A DNA stretch of 64,000 nucleotides, the filler included, from Sphacelaria rigidula (taxonomy: Eukaryota), in assembly GCA_964200075.2 (NCBI GenBank). It is 7 parts of 7 records of this genome, joined end to end, with 100 filler letters (N's around TTAATTAATTAA, not from the genome) between each part and the next. Parts side by side here need not be neighbours in the genome. Positions count along the whole stretch, not along the records: positions 45,824 to 54,886 come from CAXNAA020009394.1; positions 54,987 to 64,000 come from CAXNAA020009511.1; 5 more parts are not named here. One strand, written 5' to 3'. Below, piece by piece: positions 51,033 to 64,000 of the stretch. The translations under genes were made by a program, and so were the position numbers. The notes under the pieces were generated by a model. That model had not been told where the DNA came from, did no database searches, and saw only the letters and a list, made by a program, of their open reading frames with translations. How positions within the stretch are numbered: the first letter of the stretch is position 1; every line of letters starts with the position of its first letter.

Positions 51033-52832
51033 AGCACCCCCAAAGCTCTCTACTACCATCAAGTAGTTACATCAGAGCTTGACAAACTCAGACACCATTG
51101 GTGCCTGATAGTACCGTCGTTTTCCGCAAAGAATAGCAATCCCTTCCGCTGCTCTCGACAACAGCTCCATACAAGCTTGCCCTACTTCTGAACAACTCGA
51201 AAGAGATCCCCAGAAAATATCGTCCATCATGAACATGCAATCACGCTACTTGCACCACTTCGAGTTACAAAGCGATAGGTAGTGCCAAATTCTCAAATCT
51301 GCGCCCAAAACAAGTCTCTTGGCTATTCATCGGTACGAAACCGGAAATGTCAGCAAACGTCAAATTCCAGAGCATTCATGACTCATTGTCCCTCTCACCC
51401 GAGACAAGATACTTCTCAACATACAAAATACACTCTTTGTACGTTCAACACCTGCGCAGCGAAGTGCAACAGCCAAACGATACATAATGCTCACGCTAGA
51501 AGGAAATAAGCACCCAACACGTCTAAAACGCACCTGGCTTCTTGCTTCTGCAACACCGTCAAAAACGTATGCATCACATGCCTTCCCTGCCGTCAAAGCT
51601 TCAATGCTTTAACTTGCCATCATTTCATTCAGACAATCAAAGGACTCAAACCGCTATTCAAGTCATGAATACTGATCCAACGACGGCGAACGGACCTCGA
51701 CCTCCGCCATTATTGATCACCCCGCGTGATCTCGTTCTCGAACTCTTGTTCTCGAGCAAGTCCCGGACATTTTTGTATCTCGTTTGGATCTTGGACCGTC
51801 ATATTCCATCCATGCATCAGCCAAAATAAAAATTGCCACTCGGCAACATCAAGGACCCACCCGCGATCGGGGAAAGAACTATCGAATGGAACATGTCCTG
51901 TATCACTGTGCTGCAGCGCAAACACACTCATGCTCTGTCTCGTGTGCTGTAGCTCTCGTTGCGCTGTGGCGTCTTCAGGCCTTGGTGGAGACGGTTTGAT
52001 CCCCGCTGGGAATGGCTGAGTTGCTATATATTTTCATTCCGTTCGTCTCGATGAAAAATAATGTAATGCCGGCACGCAGTGCTCTCAACATACTATTGAA
52101 ACCTCCATGGCGTGTTGGCTGTTTCGTCTCGAGTCGAACGATCTGCGCAGATTCGGGGTGGGATCGAAGTGCTGTTCAAACCAAGAAATATTGGAAACAT
52201 CGTCTACTGTGTCTTCTCTGGTACTTCAGTTATAGTCGGGTGCTGTGATCGGGACAAGACACGCAGGGCGGGTGCGTGCAGGTTGGGGCAAACAAACTGA
52301 ACCAGCACGGAATCGCTGTATGCTAATTCCTGAAACGCTATGATATTTACGCTAAGGTAGAATCATGTCAGAAATTTCAATAGCATAATACGGGTAAGCC
52401 GAGGTTGTGATGGCAGAAAGACAGCGAAATTCGTGATAAGTTGTCATTCGCTTGTGTGCGTTACCGGGGGCCTGTGTCGTCCGCACTATCTGCATCCACC
52501 GTGCCTTGAGTGTGTGTGTGCGTGTGTGTGCGTGCTTCGTGCAGTACGATGTGAAACAGGTGAGGGCCACATGAAGTACAGATAGCGCGGGACCGCCTGT
52601 TCTCTTTGCTTCCAATGCGACGTGAAAAAGGCTTGGGCCACCTGCAGCTTTGCAATGTGCATTGTACATGACTTGCGCGTATATGTGGACTATACAGCAC
52701 GAGTTGGGTTTTCCATCGCGCGCGGTGGGAGTACAGGTACGATGACTGTCGCGAGTGTTGGCGAGTCCATCATCGATATTCTCCTTCTCTCCCCCCCATG
52801 TGCGTGACACACGCATTATCCGCCACCACCAG

Positions 52833-53100
52833 GGCGACGCCGACGACGAACGTGACGATGATGACGGCGACGGGAGCGTGGATCCTGATGGCGATTTCGA
52901 TGGTGTGGGTTCGGCAAACTGGATCACAGGTCCCAAGTGCGAAGCGGGGCGGCGTCGGAGCGTGGAGTTCACCCTGTCAGAGAAAACTCTGGAGCGCCTC
53001 CCGAAGGTGGTCCGCGCGGAGTATAAAGCCGTGGTCGAAGGGAGCATGGAGGATCTCGTGCTCTCATTTTCCAACATCATGTTTCCCCCGGAGGCCACGC
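52833..53100 (+). CDS. Candidate exon of an unidentified protein
   Basis: GC3-rich open frame after CCACCAG: acidic tract, then ANWITGPKCEAGRRRSVEFTLSEKTLERLPKVVRAEYKAVVEGSMEDLVLSFSNIMF; donor site unclear. Confidence 0.4.
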
Positions 53101-54886
53101 GTTTTATAGGCCCCGATTTTGACCAAATAGGGGAGAAAAAATCGGGGTGTCACGATCTCCGAACGAGTTCCCCCGATTATTCGGAAGATAAAGGATAAAA
53201 TTGCTCCGAGATCGTTACTTCCCCCGACTTTTTTTAGGTGACGTGCTTGCATTGGCGTACAATGGTAGGGTACGAGAATTTGGTATTATTGCACCGCAGG
53301 GGGTGCCTGCCCGCGCCACCTGCTGAGGCAGCTTCGCTCGGGGTTTGAGAAGCGAGTAATAAGTGCTGGCGCCGTGTCCTGCGGCGATGGTAATATTTTG
53401 TGCTGCACGGCGCTGTCAGATTAATGTATCACTATTACGAACGGTGCTGTACTCTCCTACTCTGTTGTCGCTGTTCCTCCATGGTGATGTATGGCACTGC
53501 AGTGCTGAACTCTTCGCACACACCGTTTGTTCACTGCGCTCGCAATACCGGCTGTGCCATGATATATTGATGGAGTGTCCTGCACTGCATTACCCTAGGG
53601 CACAACCGTACGACACTGTACTCGAAGGAATATTCGCTGCCCACGTGTTCTTCAGCTTCATGCACGACTACGCGACTTTCATCCCAAAAACGACTATCTG
53701 CGTACAAAACTGTTTCACAAATCTGTGCTACTGTCTGTGTCATGCAACGGTTCCCCTGATTCTGAGGTCGCGAATTGGAATTCCCCGGGTTTTCAAGGAA
53801 TGCGGGTCTCTCAAAGAAGTGAGTTTCGTTGCCGTAAAATTTGATCTAATGAATCTCTCCAAACTCGTACTCGGTGTTGGACAACCGGGCACGATTCGTA
53901 CGCCACTGTTATCGAATATCGCTGAATTTTCTCATGTCAAAAGGAGTTGCATCATCCCTAGTCGAACATTAGGTTCATTATCTGTCGCAAACGGGCTCAG
54001 GATAGGGAAGAGATCACCTACCGCGGAGTATAGCTCGGCATCCAGCGGTGCCTGCGACGCGGAGTGTTGACGGCGACAAACAAACACTGCGTTGCTGGTG
54101 GCGATTTTTTCTAACGCTGTCCTATGAGATGAAATTGGCTCATTGTTTCATGTTGGGGAGTCTTGCTGAGGAAGGGAAAGGTTCAAATCGCGACAGATGA
54201 CAACTAAACAAAATTTGCAGTATTTGAGTATTTGGAGTCAATGCATTCGCGCGTGGTCGCTCGCGATGACGCCTAAAATCATAGCGGTACCCAGTGTTCG
54301 CGTGGGCACGTGTTGGACTGGCATGTGATCATATTATTTACACGAAAACTCTATGGTTGGAGACTGGACAAGTTGATGTGCTTGACAGGGTTTTGGCTGG
54401 TAATGGCAACTAGGATTGATCGCCGTTTTCACGTGCGAAAATTACCGAAGCGGCAGGCGCCTGCCTGCCACTGCTTCCGTTCTTGGTTTGCAGACGAATG
54501 ACTACGTCGACTTTTGCACCGTGGAGGAGAAACCGACCGGACATGACGGCAAGCAGCAAAAACGAGAATAGCGACACATTCGATTACGCCCTGCACAAGG
54601 TGGCGAGACAACATATTTCATCCAAGGGCAATAACTGACGGCCGAAATCACGAAAAAGGTGCGCAGGCATGAATGAGCCTGCAGGCGGGAGCGCCGCGGC
54701 CGTTGTTGGGGGAGCGCCGTAGACGCCGGTCGGGTCTTGGGGTTCAACACAGGCTGATGGCGTGTCGGGACATGCGTCCGGGTATGGAGTGTACCGACTG
54801 CTTTTAAGATGTGGTACGAGCTGGGCCAGCCCAGAAACGGATTTAACCTGGCAGAGCAATATCTCATCACCGGAAACGAATTGGGC

Positions 54887-54986
54887 NNNNNNNNNNNNNN
54901 NNNNNNNNNNNNNNNNNNNNNNNNNNNNNNTTAATTAATTAANNNNNNNNNNNNNNNNNNNNNNNNNNNNNNNNNNNNNNNNNNNN
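54887..54986. other. Artificial contig spacer
   Basis: N44-TTAATTAATTAA-N44. A separate 10-N internal gap lies at 55283-55292. Confidence 0.98.
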
Positions 54987-56015
54987 CCCACAACACCAAC
55001 TTGGGCGATTGTGATTTAAGCACGGTTTGCTTATTTTGCCAAAACTATCAACGCTAGCACTTTCGAGTGCTCATTGAAAATGTAATGCGGAAATACTCCG
55101 GAAATAGGTCATCCGCAGAAAAGGTTAGACTGAGGTTTGTGCAGTATAGGAAGGGAACACGATCTCGATCGGTATTGTGAAGAATTTTAAACGTAGTAAT
55201 TTATCTGAATATATACCGTTCCGTCGCTGAAGAGCGGGAATATTGCTTATACTGGACCAAGAACGGTCAATAACACCCTCCTNNNNNNNNNNGGGCTAGC
55301 ATTTTCAAGTAGTAGTGAAGAACGGTACTCCAGAAAAACTCAGAAAAAAGGACTACGAATTCTGAGACCTTTTGACGCTGACTACTATACTTTGAATCAC
55401 ATGGCGGAATCTGTGTAGATGAGTCGTCAGCCATACGAGTAATAGGGAACGATCCGTTTTTTTAAACAAGTGAGGAAGGGGAAAGAAGATTTCAACCATC
55501 GAAACAGTCTCGTCATCAATACGCTGCTGGACATGGAGCAAGCTGTGACTACATGTCACATGTAATGCCACGTATCCCAAAAATATACTTCCAACTTTTA
55601 CGTTGAATGTGAGTGTCAGGTGGTAAGTCGTCGCCATTTCAGAGAATCGCATATCCGTGTTTCTTTGTTTTTCAGATTATGTATCCAACGACTAATTCTT
55701 TGAAATGTTGACCCTTTCATAGGGTCACGCAGTAAATTTTCAAGTGAAAATGACGCCTTTTCGACAAACGGCTGAAAATCTTACGCTCAATCTGGCAAAA
55801 ATGTTGCCGTCTCTGATCGACCGTACGATGCCTGTAGTCTTGGCGAAACATGTAGCAGCTTTCACGAAGAAAATCTAAGAACTTGTTTCAGAAATCGGTG
55901 TTCGTACGGTGTTGTTGGTGAGCTGCGGTAAAGTGTTGTGACCTCTTCACGAACGGCGTGGTTCACTGCGTGCTATTCGTGACTGATTTGGTTTGCTCTC
56001 GGCTGAACATGCAAG

Positions 56016-57831
56016 GTGTGGGACAGGGCAAAAACTACGCCATCAATTTTCCGCTCGCTGATGGCATCAACGATCAGAGCTACCGGAGCATTTTCAGACC
56101 TGTCATCGAGAAGGTACGGTTCCGCGCAGTATTTCAAGACGAACATACGTCGCTGAGGGGCACATCGTCTTAGCAAACTTACGCTTGAGAGTTCACTGAC
56201 ATCGCACAAACAAAGCCAAGGCCGTGGGTTCATGTGTTGTTTAACGCTCAATGCCGCCGAACAGGTTATGGAACACTACTCCCCGGAGGCCATCGTGATG
56301 CAGTGTGGGGCGGACTCTCTCTCTGGCGACCGCCTTGGTTGCTTCAACCTCTCTTTGAGAGGCCATGCCGATTGCGTGTCGTACGTGAAAAGCTTTAACG
56401 TTCCACTATTGGTGCTCGGTGGAGGAGGGTACACTCTGCGCAACGTACCGCGCTGTTGGGCGTACGAAACGGGAGTGCTCCTCGACGAAGAACCGTCGGT
56501 AAGCCCAGACAAGAACACGGGGCGTTGTGTTGCATCTTGGATTTCACAGTCTTCCACAACACAAGCTTCAGAAAGATTGAGTGATGCGGCGCATCTCGTA
56601 CGTGCTGTGGCCACACAGAACCGGTCGCCCTGGTAGCTCAGTTGGAAACCTCGAAACCTTCTGACGGTTGGGTCGTGGGTTCAAATCTCGCCGCGATCTG
56701 GGATTTTTTCTCACACTATGCCCAACAGTGGAGAGCAACCATGTCGTGGGTGCACATAATTCGACTTAACAGTCGACGAGGGAAAGAGACTGCTGAACCC
56801 CTCCCGCGATAAAAAAAAGAAAAGAAGGCGAGCACCATAAGGAAGGTGGGGTACAAAAAAAACTCCTGTGTTCACCTTCCTCCTGTGTGACCCCGGCTGG
56901 TGCGCCCACATGTACCGGAGGGTATAGACCGGTGTCCAGAATACATGGGACAACACAACACACACGCGTTGGTCGATTGCCACACATTTCGTAGCCCCAT
57001 GGGGACCTTCATTGGCCGTTTGTCCCATTGTCCCCACCTGCGTCTCATCCGTCTGTCCTTGTGACGAACGTATTTCCTCAGGACATGCTACCTTACAACG
57101 ACTACTTTGAGTATTATGGTCCGGACTACCGCTTGCACATGCCCACTTCGAATATGGAGAACATGAACAAACCGGAGACATTGGAGGAGGTGGGTCCATT
57201 GTCAGGATACTACCTCGTTCACTTTCGTTTGCACGCGATCACATGGGCCCACACTCCCGCCTAGTATTCGTTCCTATACCATATGATCGTTTGTTGTTTG
57301 GTGCTTCGTATTCAGACCAAAATACAGCTGTTCGAGATACTGAGGAACCTGGAAGCTGTTCCGGGGGTCCAGATAGACACCGGTGCTGAGGTCAAAACTC
57401 CGCCAGTTCTAAGGATGCCGGACGACGACGAGGATATGCCTGATGCAGATCAGCGACCATCGGGTACGGGCCGCTGCCATTTTTTTCACGTGGTAACCAA
57501 TGCCTCCCTGTGCACAAGCTATACCTACTCTAGATGAAGTGCATTGCCGCGATGGGCGACTTAACAGCTGCACGCCGATTACCGACGCTCTTGAACCGGT
57601 TGGGCGCTGCACCGCTGTGCCAAATGTCAGCTGGCAACAGAGCTGCGAGGGCGAGTTGTCGCGTGTCCCTTTTTTGCCCACATGCTACTCATTAACTTTT
57701 TCCAACTGCTCACGTTGCTTGATCGTGGTGCAGGAGAAGGGAGAAGAGAACATCCAGCGGAGCAAGTGGGCAATAACTACGCAGCCAAGCTGGAACCCAA
57801 TGATCCCATGTGGCACGGCGACAGGAATTAG
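56016..57831 (+). CDS. Class I histone deacetylase (Rpd3/HDAC1-like), 3' five exons
   Basis: Exons 56016-56113, 56265-56498, 57082-57189, 57316-57463 and 57734-57831: [67 protein letters not shown]; ends RREHPAE..GDRN*. Confidence 0.95.
56623..56867 (+). mobile_element. tRNA-derived SINE in an HDAC intron
   Basis: A box TAGCTCAGTTGG (56634-56645), B box GGTTCAAATCT (56678-56688), no cloverleaf, A-rich 3' part. The 3' boundary is approximate. Confidence 0.7.
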
Positions 57832-58514
57832 ATGGCTCCCTGTGCGGATTGTACACGAGAAAGCAAGCCAGAATGCTGGGACTCGAATGCAGAACGGAGT
57901 GTAATGAAAAAAGAGCCAGTACTTCCCTCAAAATTCAACAAGCGCTGTTTTTTTTACTCGCGTGTCCGTCACATTGTTGCCGTGAAATGAAGGGCACCTA
58001 CCACCCACGTATAAGTGAATTATTAGAAAATATGGGGGATGTGTGAATCGGCTGGAGGCGTGTCCGCGAGTGCCGCTCGGAACCAGAAGCTGTTAAGCGA
58101 CAGAAAAGCGCTTCTTTTAGGAGATGTAGACTAGATCAAACTTCGTAGCCCCTGGGAAAATCAATCGTACTATTAAGATGCCCCCAGCTTGACCTTCGCC
58201 AGCTGGGGCATATCCTTGTGCAGTGTATTGTACAGTGAGCATTCCGTGTAATCGGCAGAGGGCCAACAAGCCCAGACCATACGGGCAAACGAGGGTTCGT
58301 TGGAGAAAATATATCAAATGCAGGTCAACAATAAAATGCAGTCACACCTGATGATTACATCACCATCGTTTCACATGGCTGGATGGCTAGAATTAAGTTT
58401 TGCAGTGAATGTGAACGCTGCTGACACGACGAAACAGTGCACATCCTCCGCGTCGTTTGATGACTGGGAACGTCGGCGTCCTTTACTCGATTTACGCATT
58501 ATCCATGCCATGGC

Positions 58515-60851
58515 CTATTGCACAAACTGCATCATGTACTGCTGCGCGATGATCCTCCCCCTTGCATTAATCGCGATCTTCATGCCACTGATCTCCTTGT
58601 CGATGTCCTCCATGAATTGGATGATGAAGTCGATCAGCTTGTGTTTCCACATCTTCTCCAGGTGTGTGTGTGTCACAAGGAAGCTGATATCGAATCCCTG
58701 GGAACAGATCGCAAAAAAAAAAAAGTTAATGGCAGTCAGCACTACATGAGGCAAAGGTGATCCCTGGTGGTGCATGGAAGAGCGGTGTTGGGGGTCATTT
58801 CGACTGTACCGTCGGCCCCGAAGATATAGTGCGACACCAGTTTCGCACAGTGCATCGGACATCAAATTAACATGACCCGCCGGAGGTGCGCACCATCACA
58901 GGCTGGGCCCTCTCACGTGAACTCGATCGAAATCAATGTAATTACTGTCTCCGGGGCAAACAACCCCAGCAGCAGCTGGAGACAGCACAAAAACGAAGTA
59001 CCAGTGAGTTTTTAGTGACGAATGACGATGCGATTGGTAATTCGAAGAGTTCGGCGCTGGATTTTTTCACGACATTTTGATCATCAGCCCGCGCAACCGT
59101 GTTGGGAGTGCTGAGGGGAAAAAAAGGAAGATAGAGGGAGTTGAACTTTTCAGCGAAAACAGGAAAAATTCTAGAACTCTATGAAAAAACGGCTGCACCC
59201 CGAACAACGCAGTGAGCTCTCGCGTCCAGGATATCCTGCTGAAGTTTCGGCCAAAAATACCCCAAATTGGGCGCCGCATCGCACTTCGCGTGTGAGGCGG
59301 CCGCGCTCCTTTAGTCCAAGTGATGTAGGAAATTCAAGATATAGAGGTCATGTTTTAAAATACCGATAGATTCCCTTTTTTTTCGTCCATTGTTAAAGTT
59401 ATATATTACGCAGTACATTTCCTTTCGTTTTTCTTTTCATTCAGCGATGGTGCCGTGTTACCAGGTTGGTCTGCAGTTCACAGCGATATGCTCAATTTGC
59501 GCTGATTTGGGAAATTTGAGTTGTGGTGTAGAAAAAAAATGCGGGATTTACTGCTGGCCCAGCTCGTACCGCATATCCACCTTGAAGTGTGGCAAATGGT
59601 GTGATGAATGTTTAGCGCTTTCACATCAATTTCGCATTTTGATCATATCCGATCTAGCCTAGCGGCGGTAGGCAGAGGACGGACAGATATAGAATTGATT
59701 ACCACGGTAAGAGCAACGATACCTGCCTCGTCGTCGTTCGAAAGCTATAATAGCTGAAAACAAGAAACGGAGACACGTCGACAAAAACGTGAGGGAATTT
59801 TCAAGCCCTCCGGAAATTACACGGTTTATTTTGGATTCCTTGCCCGTGTTCGAAGACATTAGACCTGATACTTGAAAGGAATGCACATCGACCATGTCAA
59901 CGTCCACTTTACTGATAATTTCCCATATTTGAAAGTTTTTGGTCGGAAATTCAGTCAAATGGATGTGAAGAACAAAACGCAACATGAAAAATAGTAATGA
60001 TGACCATCAAGTTGTCAAAACGCACCTCTCCTGATAATGTCAGCTCCAACCTCTCTCGAGGCTTCAGGGGTGTAATACCTTTCATTTTTTGCTCGAGGTT
60101 CAAGTGAGAAACATGACCTGAAATATCGAGCAGAGGTGCGAATCTGCCAATCGATTGCTATGGCCCGAGATTTTTTCGAATATGATTCCGGAGAGGAGAG
60201 CGGGAAAGCAACCCGCCCTCATTTCTGATGTTCGGAGTTGCTGGGGGAAAAAATATCTGCGATGATGGTATTTCGATGGTAGATTCGCGCCTCTTGTTCA
60301 TACTCCAGGTCATGTCAAACCTTGAGAACAAAATCACCGGTTGCACTTGCAAGTATCGATAACCATCAGACTATGGGAATAACGGTCAGCAATTGTCAAA
60401 GAACCTCGGAGAGGAAAGCACCGTGGACTAGAGCTAGCAACTGCAGGCTATGAGGTTTACCAAATAGGATCCAGGGACATTGTAGATGCCTCCCGTGGGA
60501 GTAAATGAAAAGTGTAGGCGTAGTCCACGTCGACGACGAGATACCAGAGGAAAATGTACGCCAATAAAACCAGTGGTAACTCTGCGGCACGCAAGTGTAA
60601 ACAAAGGGGACACAAATTTGCAATATGCATGGTTTGCTCTCACCTCAGCAGGCTTTCGTCGCATCACCACAAACTGCTCTGCACGCTGCATCAAGAAGCT
60701 GGTGAAGCGTTTGCAGAGAATAGTCTCGATCTCGTCCGCTTGCTTTACAGCGATACTCACTCGCACACTGTTCACGCTGGTTTCGATGAGGCATTTCTCC
60801 TGGTCATTTCGGCATATGGTTACCGGGTTGAGGAGGAGCTCTTTGCTCGAC
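58515..60851 (-). CDS. ARPC4: Arp2/3 complex subunit 4 (p20), last two exons
   Basis: Exons 60851-60644 ([53 protein letters not shown]) and 58697-58515 ([33 protein letters not shown]). The 5' exon is not in the window. Confidence 0.96.
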
Positions 60852-62762
60852 CTGAGGACACGCGACAGACGATTCGACCGAATTCACTAACTAACGTAGT
60901 GCTCTCAACTTCGCAACGACAGCATGAATTTCAGTACTCCATATGAACGACATGGAGTCATGGCTAGAGGCAGTGCTCACGTTGCTCGCTTCAGTCGCCA
61001 CATAATATCACGCTGCACTCGCGGTTTTATTGCTCCGTTACACGTTTCGCCTCCAGAATAACCTCAGGTACAGTACTTTGTTGCTGCCCTGCTGCATCTG
61101 GAAACATTTCGTGGCAGGGCAATACTGCTGTACTCTACTGACCGTACAATGTTATCCCTGCGACTACCTTGGTTCCATGCGACCGACACAACGGGAAAAC
61201 CGAGCCACGTAACGGTGAGGAGACACGGAGTGCAGAGGAAGCATAGGAAAGTGTTGCAGGGATCAAAAGTACAAAGTAAACACACCTCTACTGAAAAGCG
61301 ACGTACTGGTACGCCCAACGTGTACTGCGCTGCATATCGCGTGACCTCGCAGAGCAACTGATACAATATGCGCATTTTCTTCGAAGCCCCTAACTCACAG
61401 CTGCTGCAATTTCAACGCCAAGCACTGAGGTCGCTACCATAGTTATACCTCGACATGACAGTGTCAGATCTCACGATCTGTGGGATTTGATAGTTTTACA
61501 CGCCATAATAACGACGCTGCGAGAAGCACACTGAAGTAGATTTAATTAAAAACGTTGGCATCACCGGCTTCATTCATGTTGCCCTTTTTCCTCCATGAGT
61601 TTTCGTCGGTCGCATGGCACTCGCCCCAGAGACACTCCAGGTGGATACACCCTCATTATTTACTTGCGTGAGTAAGGGTCCTAGTGGGGATTTTCATCAC
61701 TTATCGTCAATCCTGCTGACACATTTGCTCATGTGCGACGCAGGGTGGAAGTCGCAGATGGATTCTCATCCAAGTGTATGACCGGATAATCCACGCTGGT
61801 GACCAAAGGGGGGTAAGGTCGTTTCTCAACGAGACAAGAAAAGAAAGCGAGAAATGACACAAGCATCCAAAAGTAGGAGTTTGATTGGTTACCGGGCGTA
61901 TCCATGGTTGCGGCGACTAATCAACATGCTTTTCGATGCTTGTTTCGTTCTACGCTTCTTTTTTTTGTCTCGATAATACACGGCCCAAGGGAAAAATCTC
62001 GCAACATCCCCCGAAAGGACTCAACTCACATAAATGGGGAAGAAATGTACTTTGAATTATTTGCGCGCGAAGAGCGATCTTGGTCGGGCATTCAAAATTC
62101 GCCCCCGATTTTGAACGCCCGACCAAAATGAATGACCTGTTCAAATCAGGAGAAAAACTAAAATTTGGGACATGTCATATGTTACTGTACGGCAGCACGA
62201 ACACACTCACGCCCTCTTTCATGTGGTGTAGATGTCGCTACTATGTGGTATGATTAGGCCTTGCGAAGATGGTTTGCCGTCCGCCCGTATTGCCCGAGCG
62301 GTTGTACTGTTGTGTTTCGCTCTGTACAAAATACTCATAGCCGGCACGCAGAGCTGTCTTGGTCAAAGTTGAAAATGCCATGGTGTATTTGTTGGATGTT
62401 GCATTTTTTTCAACGAACAACGCGCGTCATACCCAGACCCATCATTCTTGTGCTGTGCAGTAGCTGATGCTGTAGTGTGGTGCTTCTGAACCCTGCGAAG
62501 ACGGTCTGATCTGCGCTGGGGGATTGCATGAACTGCTTGCTGTAGCGTTGTGTCCCTCTCGGCACAAAAATTGTAGTCGGCACGCAGTGCTGTCTACACA
62601 TTCATTCTTGACGATATTGACAAATCCCCCGGCTCTTGGCCGGTCCGAGTTCGAGACCGTGCATTTTTTGTCCCAATGGCAAAGCCTCATCTTTCAGTAT
62701 GATGGCGTGTCTCAGATTGAGAAAAACGATAGAAAAAAAGGACGGTGGAATTGATTTATTCG

Positions 62763-63306
62763 AAAGTCGCTCATTTTTCTCGAGTTGGGTCCAAGCGAAT
62801 TTTCAAGCTTTCGATCGAAAAAAGACAGTGAAATTCGTGAAGCGGTACTTGGTCGCTTGTGTACAGTACAGGCAGCAAAGACTGTCTGAGTGGGTGCGTA
62901 CGTGTTTCGTACAGTAGGGTTTAAAGAGAAGCGGGTAACGTTCAGTATAGACAGCGCAGGACTATCTGTTCTCTGCTCACAATGCGACGTGGAAAAGGAC
63001 TTCGACAGCATGCAGTTTGTACTGCCTGCACTGTCCTTGAGCGTATACGCAAAAGTCGCTGATTTTTCTCGAGTTGGGTCCAAGCGAATTTCCAAGCGAA
63101 AAAGACAGTGAAATTCGTGAAGCGGTACTTGGTCGCTTGAGTACAGTACAGGCAGTAAAGACTGTCTGAGTGAGTGCGTACGTGTTTCGTACAGTAGGGT
63201 GCGGAAGAGAAGCGGGTAACGTACAGTGTAGACAGCGCAGGACTATCTGTTCTCTGCTCACAATGCGACGTGGAAAAGGACTTCGACAGCGTGCAGTTTG
63301 TACTGA
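62763..63306. repeat. About 289-bp tandem duplication with a third diverged copy at ~63817-64000
   Basis: AAAGTCGCT..GACAGTGAAATTCGTGAAGCGG..GGACTTCGACAGC starts at 62763 and again at 63052. Confidence 0.9.
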
Positions 63307-64000
63307 CTACTTCTGCCGCTGATCTCCACCATGAAACAAGATGCTCAAGTTTTCACTAAGAAAATATAAACGAAGCATACCCAAATACTGCAATGTATTT
63401 ATCCCTGTGCTCAACCATGCCGGAGGGTTGCGGTGGTAGCTGAGGACAAGTTTTGTGGAATCTGGCGTGTTGGTCTGCGAGGTAGGGGTCAAATGTTCCT
63501 TCGTGCCTTCGACCGCATGTTTTCGATCGAATAAGCTTGGCTTTATTGTTTTTCAGGGTCTGTTATAGCACATCAGTTTACGATCGAAATTGTGCGGTAA
63601 AAAGCATAAATCTCGATCTGATAAGTCATGATTTCAACCATCTTCAAAATTTTTGACGATAGTTGCAATTACGGCTTATCAGATCGGGATTTTGTTTTCC
63701 ACCGCACATTTTCGATCGAAAACTCATGTGCTAAGGGTCTGTCTTAACACTTTTATTGTCGATCGAAAAAATGAGGCGGTGGAATCGATCCGAGCGAAAA
63801 ATTCTCGGTTTGATGCAGTTGGGTCCGGATGGATTTTCATGCTTTCCGTCGAAAAAAGACAGTGAAATTCGTGAAACGGCACATGGTCTGTACTGTTTGC
63901 ACCTTTTGCAAGTAGGCTGTCTTGAGTGCGTGTGTGCGTGTTTCGTGCAGGAGAAGATAAAGGGGAAGCGAACAGTGTATAGTGCAGACAGCCCAAGACT

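Noticed and set aside
53363..54070. 235-aa ORF
   Set aside because: Non-ATG start, Cys/Leu-rich non-coding-like composition and no recognisable motif.
56623..56700. tRNA gene
   Set aside because: A and B boxes are present, but there is no acceptor or anticodon stem; it is a SINE head.
9994..60851. Functional gene cluster (PPIL6, MGMT, PP2C, EF-G, HDAC, ARPC4)
   Set aside because: The genes lie on unrelated contigs joined by size; only within-contig pairs are truly linked.

Overview
Eukaryotic, intron-rich and transposon-rich DNA, most consistent with a brown alga (Phaeophyceae). That assignment is inferred from an ASAF-type bipartite plastid targeting peptide, long GT-AG introns and the repeat content. 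The window is not one locus. It is seven unrelated contigs joined by 100-bp N44-TTAATTAATTAA-N44 spacers: the six measurable ones are 9065, 9065, 9065, 9064, 9064 and 9063 bp, and the seventh is cut by the window end. This is a size-sorted bin of unplaced contigs, so most genes are truncated at contig ends. Host genes: a plastid-targeted protein resembling a conserved cyanobacterial hypothetical family, a complete PPIL6/RSP12-like cyclophilin, an MGMT/ATL-type alkyl-repair gene (5' part), a PP2C phosphatase with a long N-terminal extension, exon 1 of a mitochondrial EF-G (EF-G2-like), the 3' half of a class I HDAC and the 3' part of ARPC4. The rest is nested mobile DNA: an RT-deleted Copia with both LTRs inside a LINE, a second Copia remnant, a decayed DIRS/Ngaro-like element, RTE-like and CCHC-type LINEs, tRNA-derived SINEs and at least five MITE families with readable TIRs and TSDs. 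I found no convincing multi-gene novel system. The best leads are a LINE family that ends in poly(C) and may prime at G-runs, a Ginger-like MITE carrying telomeric repeats, and an inverted LTR pair around a 38-aa repeat ORF.
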